From the NCBI GenBank assembly GCA_963841435.1, contig CAWJCS010000005.1:800001-864000 (forward strand): DNA of 64,000 bases. Reading direction: 5' to 3'. A program made the position numbers and the translations under genes. Shown one piece after another: positions 53,330 to 63,724 of this stretch. The DNA is from an uncultured delta proteobacterium. Its GTDB lineage: Bacteria; Myxococcota_A; Polyangia; Polyangiales; Polyangiaceae. The notes beneath the pieces are model-generated. The model was not told the origin of the DNA. It ran no database searches and saw nothing but the letters and a program-made list of their open reading frames with translations. Positions within the stretch are counted from its first letter, which is position 1. Each line of letters opens with the position of its first letter.

Positions 53330-54604
53330 CTATGGAAGAGGATGTCGCTGGAAGAATTCCCACATCATCGGACTTGCCTTGAAGTCAGTGACACCGTAGG
53401 TGGGCCCGCCCCCGGGGCCGCAATTCGTGTCCTCCGGCCAGCAGTGGCCCATTCCGGTGACCGTACAGAACTCCACTTCGACGCCTTCGTCGCAGTCCTG
53501 GTACGTGACGCACCTGGTCGAGCCCTGGTTGTACGTCTCCATGGGCGTCGTATTGCAACCGTCGCGGCCTGCCCAGCCCGTGACGTTGGGTTGAGCGCTC
53601 GAATAGGACACGGTCTGATCCGCGGTGCCGTGCACGTAGAAGACGGATATCGGGCGCGATGGCGAACAGCGTCCTACCCCGCCGGCAACGCCGCCCACGG
53701 CCGCGAAGATGTCGGCCGCCTGGCACCCCATGTACTGGGCCATGATGGATCCGTTCGAGATACCCGTGGCATACACACGCTTCGGGTCGATGCACGCGTG
53801 ACTCTCGACATCGCTGACGACCGCTTTGAGAAATCCGAGATCATCGTCAGCAGCGGTGCAACCGGGGAGGATACCTCCCGCGTTCCAACAATCCACACCA
53901 GCTGGGTAAGCAACAATGAACCCGTTGTCGTCCGCTACCGGATTCATTTGCGACCAGCTTCGAGCCATGGCGGGGGTGTTGTGAGCGCCGTGGATCGTGA
54001 GCAGAAGAGGCACGGGCGTGGTTCCCGCATAGCCGGGCGGAACATGCACCTCGTACACGCGCTCGATGCCGCCGTGCGAAAGCGTGATCCTCTGATCACC
54101 AGGGGGCCATCCGCCGCTCGGGCACGACATCGACGTTGCTCCGGAAGCGCCGGAGCTCCCGCCCGCGCCGGCCGACGTGCCGCCAGCTGCTGCTTGGCCG
54201 CCACTGCCCGAGTCGCCGGCGGCTGAGCCCGCGGTCGCTCCGCCAGCTGCTGCGGCGCCGCCAGCGGCAGAGCCTGCCGTCGCCTCGCCACCCGTGGCCT
54301 CGCCAGCCGTCGCGTTCCCCCCGGCGGAGCTCCCACCCGGCGAAGCGCCGCCAGCTTGCGCACCAGAAGTACCGGCTCCGGCGACCCTACCCGAGCCTGC
54401 CGTCCCACCACCGCTGCCCGCGCTCTGGCCGGCGCCAGCGCCCGAGGCTCCGCCCGGCGATTGGCCACCAGGCGATCCTGCGTTCGAGGTGCCATCGTCG
54501 CCGCCGACGGGTGAAGGAGTGGGCGCTTCATTCGAGCACGAAGCCGCCAGAACAAGGATGGCTCCTGGACCAAACAGACCTTTTCCGCCGCGCATCGTGA
54601 GCAT
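53330..54604 (-). CDS. lipoprotein: Gly-rich linker + LpqC/PHB depolymerase family esterase
   Basis: AASC lipobox, VHVPPGY, GFIVAYP, RVYATGISNG, HGTADQTV, GMGHCWP. Confidence 0.88.
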   Translation of the reverse strand: MLTMRGGKGLFGPGAILVLAASCSNEAPTPSPVGGDDGTSNAGSPGGQSPGGASGAGAGQSAGSGGGTAGSGRVAGAGTSGAQAGGASPGGSSAGGNATAGEATGGEATAGSAAGGAAAAGGATAGSAAGDSGSGGQAAAGGTSAGAGGSSGASGATSMSCPSGGWPPGDQRITLSHGGIERVYEVHVPPGYAGTTPVPLLLTIHGAHNTPAMARSWSQMNPVADDNGFIVAYPAGVDCWNAGGILPGCTAADDDLGFLKAVVSDVESHACIDPKRVYATGISNGSIMAQYMGCQAADIFAAVGGVAGGVGRCSPSRPISVFYVHGTADQTVSYSSAQPNVTGWAGRDGCNTTPMETYNQGSTRCVTYQDCDEGVEVEFCTVTGMGHCWPEDTNCGPGGGPTYGVTDFKASPMMWEFFQRHPLP

Positions 54605-54614
54605 GTCGACTCCG

Positions 54615-55844
54615 CTAGAGCGAATCGAAATCCGTCGTCTTCACGACGCCCGAGAAGGCGGTGTCGGAACAGATCTGGCAGCCGTCGCCCACGAACAGGT
54701 CGTGACCCGCCTCGTCTCCCATGAAGCGCCAGCGCATCCAGCCGATGTAGGCTTCTTGAGCCTTGGCACTTCCGGCCACGCGGTTGTGATCGATGCCGGC
54801 GAGCGCCGCGCCGAACGCGGGCTGCGTCGACCCGTTGACGGCAGAGCTAATCGCCGTCCAATTGAATGTGGTGTCCATGTCGCCGCCGATCACGCCCCAG
54901 GGAGCCTTGAGGTTGTTGACGTTGCCATTGGACGCGAAGAAGAAGGTGGAGGTGATGCGCGGGTTGCTACCCACGCTGATGGCGCCCCCGCCCCCTCGCG
55001 AATACCCGGTGGAGCCGATCTTCGTCGTGTCGATCTTGCCGCAATCCTCACTCCCCGGATCGCTCGCTAGGCTCAGCACGTAGTCGATGGCCTGGTTCAT
55101 GTGCTCTGCCGTGACCTCGGTTTGCTCGGGGGCGACGACGACGAAGCCGTAGCTTGCGACGCGCGCCAAGAAGCTTTGCCAGATGTTGACGGTGTTGGTG
55201 TGCCCGTTGCCCCAGACGATGAGCGGATGCCGGACACCGCCCGCTCCGTACCTGTCGGCAGCAGGGCGGAAGATGGCGACGGTGTTCGCCATCCCATTTC
55301 CGTCGGTTCCCAGACTCCCGTCGCCCGTGCGGCGCGTCGCCACCGCCGGGCCGAAGCCGCCGTCTCTTTCCCCGTAGCTCGTCACGGCAGGGAACGCCGC
55401 GCTGACTCCCGTGCACGACCCACTCCCGTCCGCCCCGGCCGCTCCAGCGGAGTTCCCGTCGCCAGCGACTCCAGTAGCTCCCGACTCGGCACCGGCTCCG
55501 CCCGTGCCGGAGCTTCCGGAAGCTCCGCCAGTCACGCCTCCGGTGCCCGCCATGCCGGCGGTCGCGCCTCCGGCACCCAACATACCAGCGCTCGCACCTC
55601 CGGTGCCCGCCATGCCGGCGGTCGCGCCTCCTGTCCCCAACATCCCGCCGGCTCCCGCGGTGCTCGTTCCGCCGGAACCCGCCGTGGTGTCACTGCCGGC
55701 GTCTCCGGTAGCTCCCGTCCCGGAGGATCCTCCCGCGCCCGATCCTCCTGGCTCCAACGCGGTACCCGAATCACCCGAAGAGCAACCGGCTGCGGCGAAT
55801 ATCCCGGAAAATAGGCATGCTCGAAGCAGGCGCATGGGTCTCAT
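54615..55844 (-). CDS. lipoprotein: Gly-rich linker + cutinase/polyester-hydrolase-like alpha/beta hydrolase
   Basis: AAGC lipobox, HPLIVWGNG, ASYGFVVVA, KIGSTGYSRGGGG, candidate Asp (GDMD) and His (IDH). Confidence 0.8.
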   Translation of the reverse strand: MRPMRLLRACLFSGIFAAAGCSSGDSGTALEPGGSGAGGSSGTGATGDAGSDTTAGSGGTSTAGAGGMLGTGGATAGMAGTGGASAGMLGAGGATAGMAGTGGVTGGASGSSGTGGAGAESGATGVAGDGNSAGAAGADGSGSCTGVSAAFPAVTSYGERDGGFGPAVATRRTGDGSLGTDGNGMANTVAIFRPAADRYGAGGVRHPLIVWGNGHTNTVNIWQSFLARVASYGFVVVAPEQTEVTAEHMNQAIDYVLSLASDPGSEDCGKIDTTKIGSTGYSRGGGGAISVGSNPRITSTFFFASNGNVNNLKAPWGVIGGDMDTTFNWTAISSAVNGSTQPAFGAALAGIDHNRVAGSAKAQEAYIGWMRWRFMGDEAGHDLFVGDGCQICSDTAFSGVVKTTDFDSL

Positions 55845-56233
55845 TCTTTTCAGTCCTTGGTGCTCCGGCGTTTCGCTGACTCGAGAAGTCCTGCGCCGGC
55901 GCGTCGCCCGGGCAGTGACGCGACCGAGCAAGACCGGCTCATCGCCGGGCTCGCCCTCACCACCTTCACCCCGCGGCAACTACGGATGTGCGACCGACAT
56001 GACCCGTCGTTGCGTCTGCGCGTCGCTTTTCGCTGCAAATAAGTGAGGTTTTGAGTCGCTGCAGGCGCTGTGCTCGCGACGCCCCGACGACGCGCATCGA
56101 GCCCATGAGCCGCTTCTCCAGTCACGCGCAACTGCTCCGGCGTGGACGGATTCGCCACGAGCCCAGCGCTGCTGCAAGTAGCGCCACTGGCGGCGTGGAG
56201 CGATACTCTGCACAACTATCGACGGGCGATACA

Positions 56234-56888
56234 GTGAAGCGCAGATCGCATCATCCTCGACTTCACGTCGTCGCACCGACGGCTGAGTCGAGCCTCGACG
56301 ATGTCGATCTGGTGAGCGCTTTCATGAATGGAGAGGGTTGGGCCGCTTGGGCGATTTGGTCTCGCCACGCACCGATGGTCCATCGATTGCTGGAGCGAGC
56401 GTTCGGGCCGGGCGGAGAAGCGGAAGACGTCACCCAGAACGTCTTCTTGAGCGTGTTCCAGAGTATCCCCTCGCTGCGTGACAGAAGCGCCCTACGCAGC
56501 TTCATCTACTCGTTCGCCCTCCGAACCCTCAAAATGGAGCTACGGCGCCGGCGCGTGCGGCGGATCTTGCGCCTATCGCCGACCGGCCAACCCCCCGAGC
56601 TGCCCGCGCGAGGCGCGGACAGCGAGGCGCGTCAGAATCCTCAGCCGCTTCTACCTACTTTTGGACCAGCTCGGGGCGAACGAACGCACGGTGTTCGTGT
56701 TGCGACACATGGAGGGGCTCAAGCTCGACGAGATTGCCGAAAGCATGGGGGTGTCGTTGGCCACGGTGAAACGCTGGCTCAGCCGCGCGTCCGAGCGGGT
56801 GTCCGCGCTCGTCGAGGCGGATCGCGCGCTTTCCAGCTATGCTCGCGAGCGCGCCGTCGCGCGAGGAGTCTCCAGTGCCCGGGGATGA
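56234..56888 (+). CDS. ECF RNA polymerase sigma factor, +1 frameshift near 56637
   Basis: AEDVTQNVF, LRSFIY region 2; RTVFVLRHMEGLKLDEIAESMGVSLATVKRWL region 4. Confidence 0.9.
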
Positions 56889-58143
56889 GCCGCAGAAGGA
56901 ACTGAGCGCGCCCGCCGAGCGGCTGGTCGGGCTCGCGCGGAGGGAGCTCGGCGAGATGTCGGCGCCTGGCCTTACCGAGGCTTTCCTCGAGTTGAATGCG
57001 CGACGGTCCGTTCGCATGCGACGCGCGCGCCTCGTCTGGAATGGCGCCGCCGTGCTGGCCGTCGTGGCGCTGGTCCTCGTCGCCAGCCGCTTTCTCGGTG
57101 CCGACCACGTAGGGGCACTTTCGTATGCGGTCGAGGGCGGACGAGTCGATTCGACGGGTGCCGTCGAGGCGAGCGGCACGGCGGATCCCACCTTGCGGTT
57201 CTCGGATGGAACGGAGGTTGTCTTTCTGGGCGGGGCGCGCGGTCGGGTCAAATCAGTCGGCGAGCACGGGGCGCGGATTGCACTGCGCGGCAAGGCCAAG
57301 GTCGCCGTCGTTCCGTGGCGCGGAGCTCATTGGCTCTTCGACGCCGGGCCGTTCCTGATCACGGTCAAGGGAACGGCATTCACCGCGGAATGGCGGGACG
57401 CCGATCAGCGACTCGAGGTCTCTCTCACGACGGGAGCGATCGCCGTGAGTGGTCCGCTTTCCGACGAAGCGATCAGCTTGAGAGCCGGTCAGCGGCTCAT
57501 CGTCTCGGTGCGGGAGAAAGAGGTCCTCATTCGCAGCATCGACGCCGCGTCCGATGCAAGCGACGCAAGGTCCGACCGGCCGGCGTCGAAAACGGACAGC
57601 AGGGACGACTCGAGATCTCCCGTCGAAGGGCCAGGCCTCCACCCGGCACCACCGACTTCCGCGTCGTCGGTCAGCCCCGCGTCGAGCTGGACGACCCGGC
57701 TCGCTGCCGGGGATTTCGGAACCATCCTACGAGAGGCGGAGGAGCGCGGCCTCGACACGGTCCTCGCCGAGGCTTCGAGCAACGAGCTCGCAGCCCTCTC
57801 CGATGCCGCTCGGTACAGCCGCCGTGAAGACGTGGCACGGAGCGCCCTCGCTGCGCTCAGGCGTCGTTTTCCGCAATCGACGCGGGCCAACGACGCCGCG
57901 TTCCTGCTCGGCCGACTCGAAGAGACGGCGCAGCATCTGCAGCTCGCACTTGCCTGGTACGAGCGATGCTTGGACGAGTCACCGAACGGAACGTACGCTT
58001 CCGAGGCCTTGGGCCGCAAGATGACCATCGCGCGGCGCCTCCACGGAGAGGCTCGTGCACGCCCCGTCGCGGAGGAATACCTCCGTCGCTTCGGGGATGG
58101 GACCTACGCGGCGGCAGCACGCGCGCTGATACGCGCCCCCTAG
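56875..58143 (+). CDS. FecR-domain anti-sigma factor with C-terminal TPR
   Basis: TM, LRFSDGT, AGPFLITVKGTAF, TPR helices with FPQS and PNGTYA; GAGGAG RBS. Confidence 0.85.
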   Translation: MPGDEPQKELSAPAERLVGLARRELGEMSAPGLTEAFLELNARRSVRMRRARLVWNGAAVLAVVALVLVASRFLGADHVGALSYAVEGGRVDSTGAVEASGTADPTLRFSDGTEVVFLGGARGRVKSVGEHGARIALRGKAKVAVVPWRGAHWLFDAGPFLITVKGTAFTAEWRDADQRLEVSLTTGAIAVSGPLSDEAISLRAGQRLIVSVREKEVLIRSIDAASDASDARSDRPASKTDSRDDSRSPVEGPGLHPAPPTSASSVSPASSWTTRLAAGDFGTILREAEERGLDTVLAEASSNELAALSDAARYSRREDVARSALAALRRRFPQSTRANDAAFLLGRLEETAQHLQLALAWYERCLDESPNGTYASEALGRKMTIARRLHGEARARPVAEEYLRRFGDGTYAAAARALIRAP

Positions 58144-58157
58144 ACCGGGAGCTTCGG

Positions 58158-59189
58158 ATGTGGCGCCCGGGCATCTTCTTGCCGATCGTGCTTGGAATCT
58201 TCTTCGTCTGTCGGGGCTCGCGGGCCGATGCGGCGCTCGTCGTTCTGGTCCGCCCTCCGGCTCGGAGCGCGATCGTGAGCGAAGCCATCACCCGCATTCG
58301 CGGCGAGCTCGTTGCGGATGGCTTCGAGGTATCGGTCGTCAACGCCTCACCCGGCTCCGACGCTCGGTCGGCGCTGGCCCGGGCGGAAAAGGACACGAGC
58401 GCTGCAGCCACGGTCGCCCTGTTCCTTCATGCCGATGCAAGGGCCGCAGAGGTCTGGGTGATCGACCGACTCACGGCCAAGACCGTCGTGCGCGCGGTAG
58501 AATTGACGGCGGCTCCCCCAGGCTCCGCTCCCGAGGTGCTGGCGCGACGCTCGGTGGAGCTGTTGCGCGCGAGCCTGCTCGAAATCCTCGTCGACACACG
58601 AGAAGAGCCGAGCGAACGTCGCACGGCTCGCACGAAGGCATCCGAATGGGCGGAGCGAGCGCTGGAGCCGCGGCGATCGCCGTGGGGACTCGAGGCGGGG
58701 GCGCAGCTGCTCGCCAGTTTCGGCGGGGCGGGTGGCGCCTGGATGCCGGTCGGTCGGCTTCGCCTGGGTCTCGGTCCTAGACTCGCCACGCGTCTGACGG
58801 TCTCGGGTCTCGGCACGCGTCCTCGCTTGGAGTTCGCCGAAGGTCGGGCGACGCTCAGCCAGGAGCTCGGCCTCCTCGAGCTGGTCGGTGACCTCACGTC
58901 TCCGGGGTGGCTGACGCCAGTCGTCTCGTTGGGTGCGGGCGTCTACCACATTGGCGTCGATGGAAGCGCAACCTGGCCGTACACGGGACTGCGGGGGGAT
59001 CGCTTCTCGTTCGCCGCGGACGTCGGGGGTGGTCTCGCCCTGGCGATCACTCCGTCGCTCGCTTTGTCCCTCGAAGCGCACGGTATCCTCGTCACGCCCT
59101 ACCCGGTGATTCGATTCCTCGACGACGACAGCATCGAGATCAGAAATCCGCTCGTGTCCGGCGTGCTGACGCTGACGGGTTGGCCATGA
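58158..59189 (+). CDS. hypothetical exported protein with C-terminal beta-barrel-like strands
   Basis: signal peptide, RIRGEL...ELLRASL helical domain, then amphipathic strands ending in W. Confidence 0.7.
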   Translation: MWRPGIFLPIVLGIFFVCRGSRADAALVVLVRPPARSAIVSEAITRIRGELVADGFEVSVVNASPGSDARSALARAEKDTSAAATVALFLHADARAAEVWVIDRLTAKTVVRAVELTAAPPGSAPEVLARRSVELLRASLLEILVDTREEPSERRTARTKASEWAERALEPRRSPWGLEAGAQLLASFGGAGGAWMPVGRLRLGLGPRLATRLTVSGLGTRPRLEFAEGRATLSQELGLLELVGDLTSPGWLTPVVSLGAGVYHIGVDGSATWPYTGLRGDRFSFAADVGGGLALAITPSLALSLEAHGILVTPYPVIRFLDDDSIEIRNPLVSGVLTLTGWP

Positions 59190-59923
59190 AGCGCGCCTGG
59201 CTCTGCGTTCTTCTGGTCGGATGTGGGCCCACGTACATCGATGCTGCTGGTCTCGCGCCGACGACGCTGGGCGATGGCCTCGTCGCCCATTGGACCTTCG
59301 ACGAAACCGGCGGCACGACCCTCGCGGATACGTCGGGAAACCGCCGCGACGGCAGCGTGGCCGGTGCCACGTTCGTGAGCGATGGTCGTTTCGATGGCGC
59401 GCTGCACTTCAGCCCGGGCGACAGCGTCATCGTGGAAAGGTTCCCGTACGCGACGGCTAGCTGGACCTTCTCGGCCTGGGTTCGTATCGGTGACGAAGAC
59501 GTCGCCACCGACGATTTTGGCACGGTGATCAGCACGGAGGTGATGGTGGAGGGCGGGTGGCAGCTGCAGACCCGCGGTCGCTCGTCCGGGATCTACTGGA
59601 CCTTTGCCTACTGGCTCGGACCCGACGGGGGGATCGCGCACTACGACTGCCAGTGCTTCGAGCTCGGGCGTTGGTCGCACGCAACCGTCGTTCTGGACGC
59701 CAAGCAGAGCCTGCTCTCGTTCTACGTTGACGGGGAGCTCGCGGAGTCGAGCACGTCTCCCGGTCCCATTCTGCCGGGCACGTCGGATCTCCTCATGGGG
59801 AAATGGGCCGGAGCGGACCGCCTCTTCTCCGGCTCCATCGACGATGTTGCTATCTACAACCGCGCGCTGCGGGCGGCCGAGGTCGCGGAGCTCCACGCGC
59901 GCCCACCCCCACGGCCGAGGTGA
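59186..59923 (+). CDS. LamG-like jellyroll domain lipoprotein
   Basis: LVGC lipobox, GLVAHWTFDE, TFSAWV, WSHATVV, FSGSIDDVAIYNRAL. Confidence 0.9.
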   Translation: MKRAWLCVLLVGCGPTYIDAAGLAPTTLGDGLVAHWTFDETGGTTLADTSGNRRDGSVAGATFVSDGRFDGALHFSPGDSVIVERFPYATASWTFSAWVRIGDEDVATDDFGTVISTEVMVEGGWQLQTRGRSSGIYWTFAYWLGPDGGIAHYDCQCFELGRWSHATVVLDAKQSLLSFYVDGELAESSTSPGPILPGTSDLLMGKWAGADRLFSGSIDDVAIYNRALRAAEVAELHARPPPRPR

Positions 59924-59929
59924 CTCGGG

Positions 59930-60200
59930 TCACGGGCTCTGGGTCAGCAGCCCGAGCCGCCAGGGGATGCGATTGTAGTCGCCGCCAGTCTCCGCCATCG
60001 GATCGGCGCCCTGAAAGAGGTAGCGCATGTTGCAGGGCTCGATCTCCAGCGTCTGGTCGTAGCCGGCGCGCAGCATCTCGCCATGGCTGATGTCGTGCGT
60101 CCACGGGGCTCCGTCGAACGAGACGTTTCGCTCTCCGGCGAAGGCATACGAGCCGCTCCCCTGCCACGGTAGCCACGGTCCCTCGAGATCGTCCGCGATC
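59930..60200 (-). pseudogene. GH62 alpha-L-arabinofuranosidase, C-terminal fragment
   Basis: LEGPW, WTHDISHGEMLR, DQTLEIEPCNMRYLFQG, DYNRIPWRLGLLT. Confidence 0.8.
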
Positions 60201-60530
60201 CCCAACCTGACGACGCGTGCCGACGTGCAGACCGAGATGATCCGAGATTTTCAGCGCCGGGGTGCAAAGCTCGCGATCTTGTCCAGTCGTCCAACGCTCG
60301 AGCACCAGGAAAACGTGCTCCCTGGCTCCAGCCTGCTCGACGACTACCTCGCCGCCCACTTTCGCGAGATCGCCGTGATCGAGCCGTACCACGTGCTCTT
60401 GCGTCGCGACGTGCCGCTCAGAGCGCGGAGAAGCGTCCAGAGCAACTCGGGCAACTCGGGCAACTCGGGCAACTCGGGCAACTCGGGCAATCCGGGCAGC
60501 AGCGCAGGCGAGGTCACGGGCGCCGAGTGA
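60198..60530 (+). pseudogene. 3' fragment of an unknown gene
   Basis: protein-like PNLTTRADVQTEMIRDF...LDDYLAAHF with no proper start; abuts the GH62 fragment head to head. Confidence 0.45.
60442..60495 (+). repeat. 9-bp tandem repeat
   Basis: GCAACTCGG x5 plus one variant (NSG repeat). Confidence 0.92.
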
Positions 60531-60604
60531 CGATTTTGTTCCGAGATCGGGCCAATCCGTTGCGCGCTCGACGTCTGGCATGTCCATTGCTCTGTCGGCG
60601 GTCC

Positions 60605-62972
60605 ATGAAACACCGCGGAATCGTCGTGAGCTTGGCCGCGCTGGGAGCTTTCGCCTGTGGAGCGCCGGCTCCCGACAACGAGCAAGGTGACGAGCCCGTC
60701 GGGGAAATGGACCAAGCGCTGCTCGGTGCGGCCACGATCGATCAGAGCTGCGTGAGTCAAAATCGCGATGACGAGGCGGAGCAGATCGCAAGGTACGGGC
60801 GAGTCATTTCGCGCTCCAATGCGTTCGGCGAATGCGCGCGGACTATCTTCGCTCAGGCGACCGAGCTCCCGCTCACGAACCCCGGCAATCCTTACGGCCC
60901 GTACGTCCCGTGCGGGACGGGCAGCGAGCCCACGAGCACGGGCCACGTGTGCAGCACCGAATGCGCGAACCTACCTCTCCCGGCGGGCTCCGATTGCCAC
61001 TGCGACCCGATTCTGTTCAAAGCCCCGCGCAAGCAGCGCGCCAGGATCCTGTTCAACCGCCGCTTCGCGGCTTCCCACCCTGCAGACCTGCCGTACGAAT
61101 CCACCACTCGGCAACTCAGCCCAAGCGTCGAATCAGGGAATCGTCAACGGAGCGGAAAAATGGCAATGGAACTCGCTGTACGACGGCACCCCTCCAGCCG
61201 GCGTCGACGCGAGCTACGCGGCGGGGGTCGCCTGGCACGAAGCGGCCCACGCTCACGGCTACAGTCACGGTAGCAACACGGGCTCACTGCAGGCGGAGAA
61301 ATGCGGGTTCAAGCAAGCAGACTGGACCTACCGGATGGGTGGCAACTCGATGGTGGGAGTGTGCATCATCGAGGTAGGGAGGCGCTCGCTGGATCCGGCG
61401 TACGGCAACTGCGGTTTGGAGTCGTCACTCTGTGCGCCGAACGAGCTCCGTGTCATCAGTAGCTTCGCGGGCGGGGACTGCGAGTGCGTTCCGGACACCT
61501 TCGAGTACCCGAACAACGCCAACGAATCGGGCGACAAGTACGGCTCGGCGCTAGCCGCGGGGGACTTCGACGGCGACGGGGCGGACGATCTTGCCGTCGG
61601 CACGCCGGGTGAGGACTCGTCGGCGGGCGCCGTGTACCTCTATCGAGGCACGCTCACCGGCTTGCACCCCTGGAAGCGCATCACGCAGTCCGACCTCACC
61701 GTCGACGATGCAGCGCTCGGCAGCTCCGTCAATCTCGGCCATGAGGCGGGAGACCGCTTCGGTGCCTCGCTCGCCGCCGGCGATTTCGATGGCGACGGCC
61801 ACGATGATCTCGCCATTGGCCTACCCGGAGAGAAGCTCCCCGACTCGGTCTGCTCGGCGGGCGGCTGCGGTTACACCGTCGTCCTGCCGGGCACGGGCGA
61901 CGGGCTGAAGTTTCGCGTCGCCGGGACAGGGCCGAACCCGACGGGACTCACTCAGGCGTCGCTCGGCGCCAACGAATCCGGCGACGGCTTCGGGTGGTCG
62001 CTCGCGGCGGGTGACCTCAACGCCGACGGGCTCGATGACCTTGCCGTCGGCGTTCCGTTCGAGGCTCTGGGAACCGTCACCTCGGGCGTCGTCATGGTGT
62101 TCAAGGGCCAGCAGTCGCAGTCCCGACTCGTGAACCCTTGGATTTACATCAGCGAAAGCTTGGGCGGCGATGCGAACCAATCGGGTGACGAGTTCGGGCT
62201 GTCCGTCGCGATCGGCAACCTGATGGGCGGCCGGCAACAGCTCGCCATCGGGGCACCGGGCAGGCGCTGGTACCAGAAGTCCGACGAGGGTTACGTCTTC
62301 GTCGCCGGCTTCAACGGCACCGTCTGGTCGATGGACTTCAAGTCGGCCAATCTGAACTCCTACAACCCCTCTCGCTTCGGGTACGCGCTCGCGATCGGCA
62401 ATGTCGTAGGTGACAGCCACGAAGACTTGGTCGTGGGCGCGCCCGCCGAGTCCGACTCCGTCGGTGGGGCGTTGATCTTCAAGGGAACGAATTCGACGAT
62501 GCTCTACGCTCAGCACCTCCACAACGGCGACTCCGTGCAGGGCGACTATTTCGGCGGATCGCTGGCAGTCGGAGACTTCTTCAGGAAAGCCAGCTACCAG
62601 GGTCTCGTGGTCGGGATACCGGGTGAAACGCTCGACGCGCAGCTGCCCGAGGGCGCGATCTGGATCTACGCGGGTGGCTCGTTGACGATGGCCTCGAAAT
62701 TCTACAGAAGCCAGAAGAGCCTCTACTCGGTGAGCGACACGGACACCATTCTCCCGACCGAGCAGCGCGACATGGGTTTCGGCACCGCCCTGGTCTCGGG
62801 CAACTTCAACGGCGGCGGTGGCGACGAGCTCGTGGTCGGCGCTCCCACCGACGACCCCGGACAGGACGGCAGCACCGCCGGCGCGGTGTTCGTCTTCCGA
62901 TACAACTCCTTCGGCGACGCCGAGAAAATCGACCAGGTGACCACTCGCTACGGTGACAGCAGCTTCGACTGA
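60605..62972 (+). CDS. lipoprotein: zincin-like metallopeptidase domain + FG-GAP beta-propeller; frameshift near 61000-61140
   Basis: AFAC lipobox, WHEAAHAHGYSH, seven F/YG-x-x-L/V-A-x-G-D/N...DLAVG-x-P repeats. Confidence 0.85.
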
Positions 62973-63344
62973 GCTGTTGCTCGATCAATCGTTGCCGGAA
63001 TCTTGACTGCTCGGACGACAGGCCCTAGCGCAGAGTTGGGTGGGTCGAGATATGCACTGCGCGCGACGTAGGAGCCAACGTAAACCTCGCGTTTGCCCCA
63101 GGAATCGAGAAAGAAGCGACCAAAGCTCTCCAGCTCTCGCTGAGCGCCTGAATAGGAAAGAAAGCCGTCCTCGGTGCGCGCCGTGGAACCTTGGCGACGG
63201 GCGCCCGTAATCCCGAGCTCCGGATGATCTCTTGGTCCGGCTCGTCGCCTCGGTGCCCCCGCCGCGCTGGCCCGAGACTACCTCGGCCATGTGCCCGCGA
63301 AAGAGCTCAAAGCACTGAGCCGGCGTCGCCCCCTCGATCACGCG

Positions 63345-63605
63345 CTACTCGGCGGCGTGTCGGTATTCGGGTTCGTCGTCCAGCAAGAACCGGAGCATCC
63401 GAAGCTCTGAGGACACGATCTGATCGTCGAAGTCGCCGCGATCGACACGGCGCATGGCATCGTCCAGGGACAGACCGAGGTCGCCTGCAAGCTGCATCAT
63501 GCGCGCGCGAACTTGTTCGCGGCTCAGTTGCTCAACGTGCGGGGCCATGGGTGAAGGATACCCGAGGGTAATCGTATGTACAGCATCTTCCGCGAGATAT
63601 GACAT
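63345..63605 (-). CDS. small hypothetical protein
   Basis: 86-aa helical ORF with a purine-rich RBS, followed 3 nt later by another start. Confidence 0.5.
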   Translation of the reverse strand: MSYLAEDAVHTITLGYPSPMAPHVEQLSREQVRARMMQLAGDLGLSLDDAMRRVDRGDFDDQIVSSELRMLRFLLDDEPEYRHAAE

Positions 63606-63724
63606 ATCCCGTCCGCCCCGCGCCCCGCTGAGCGTGGGCACCTGTGGGGGCGTATGCCCCTGCAGGTTTCGGCTAACTCGTGCCTGCGCGGCTCGTGAGC
63701 GGGCGGGCGCTTGGGCAGGATGGC

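Noticed and set aside
60442-60495. 9-bp repeat as a phase-variation switch
   Set aside because: The unit length is a multiple of three and it lies at the tail of a gene fragment, so slippage would not change the frame.
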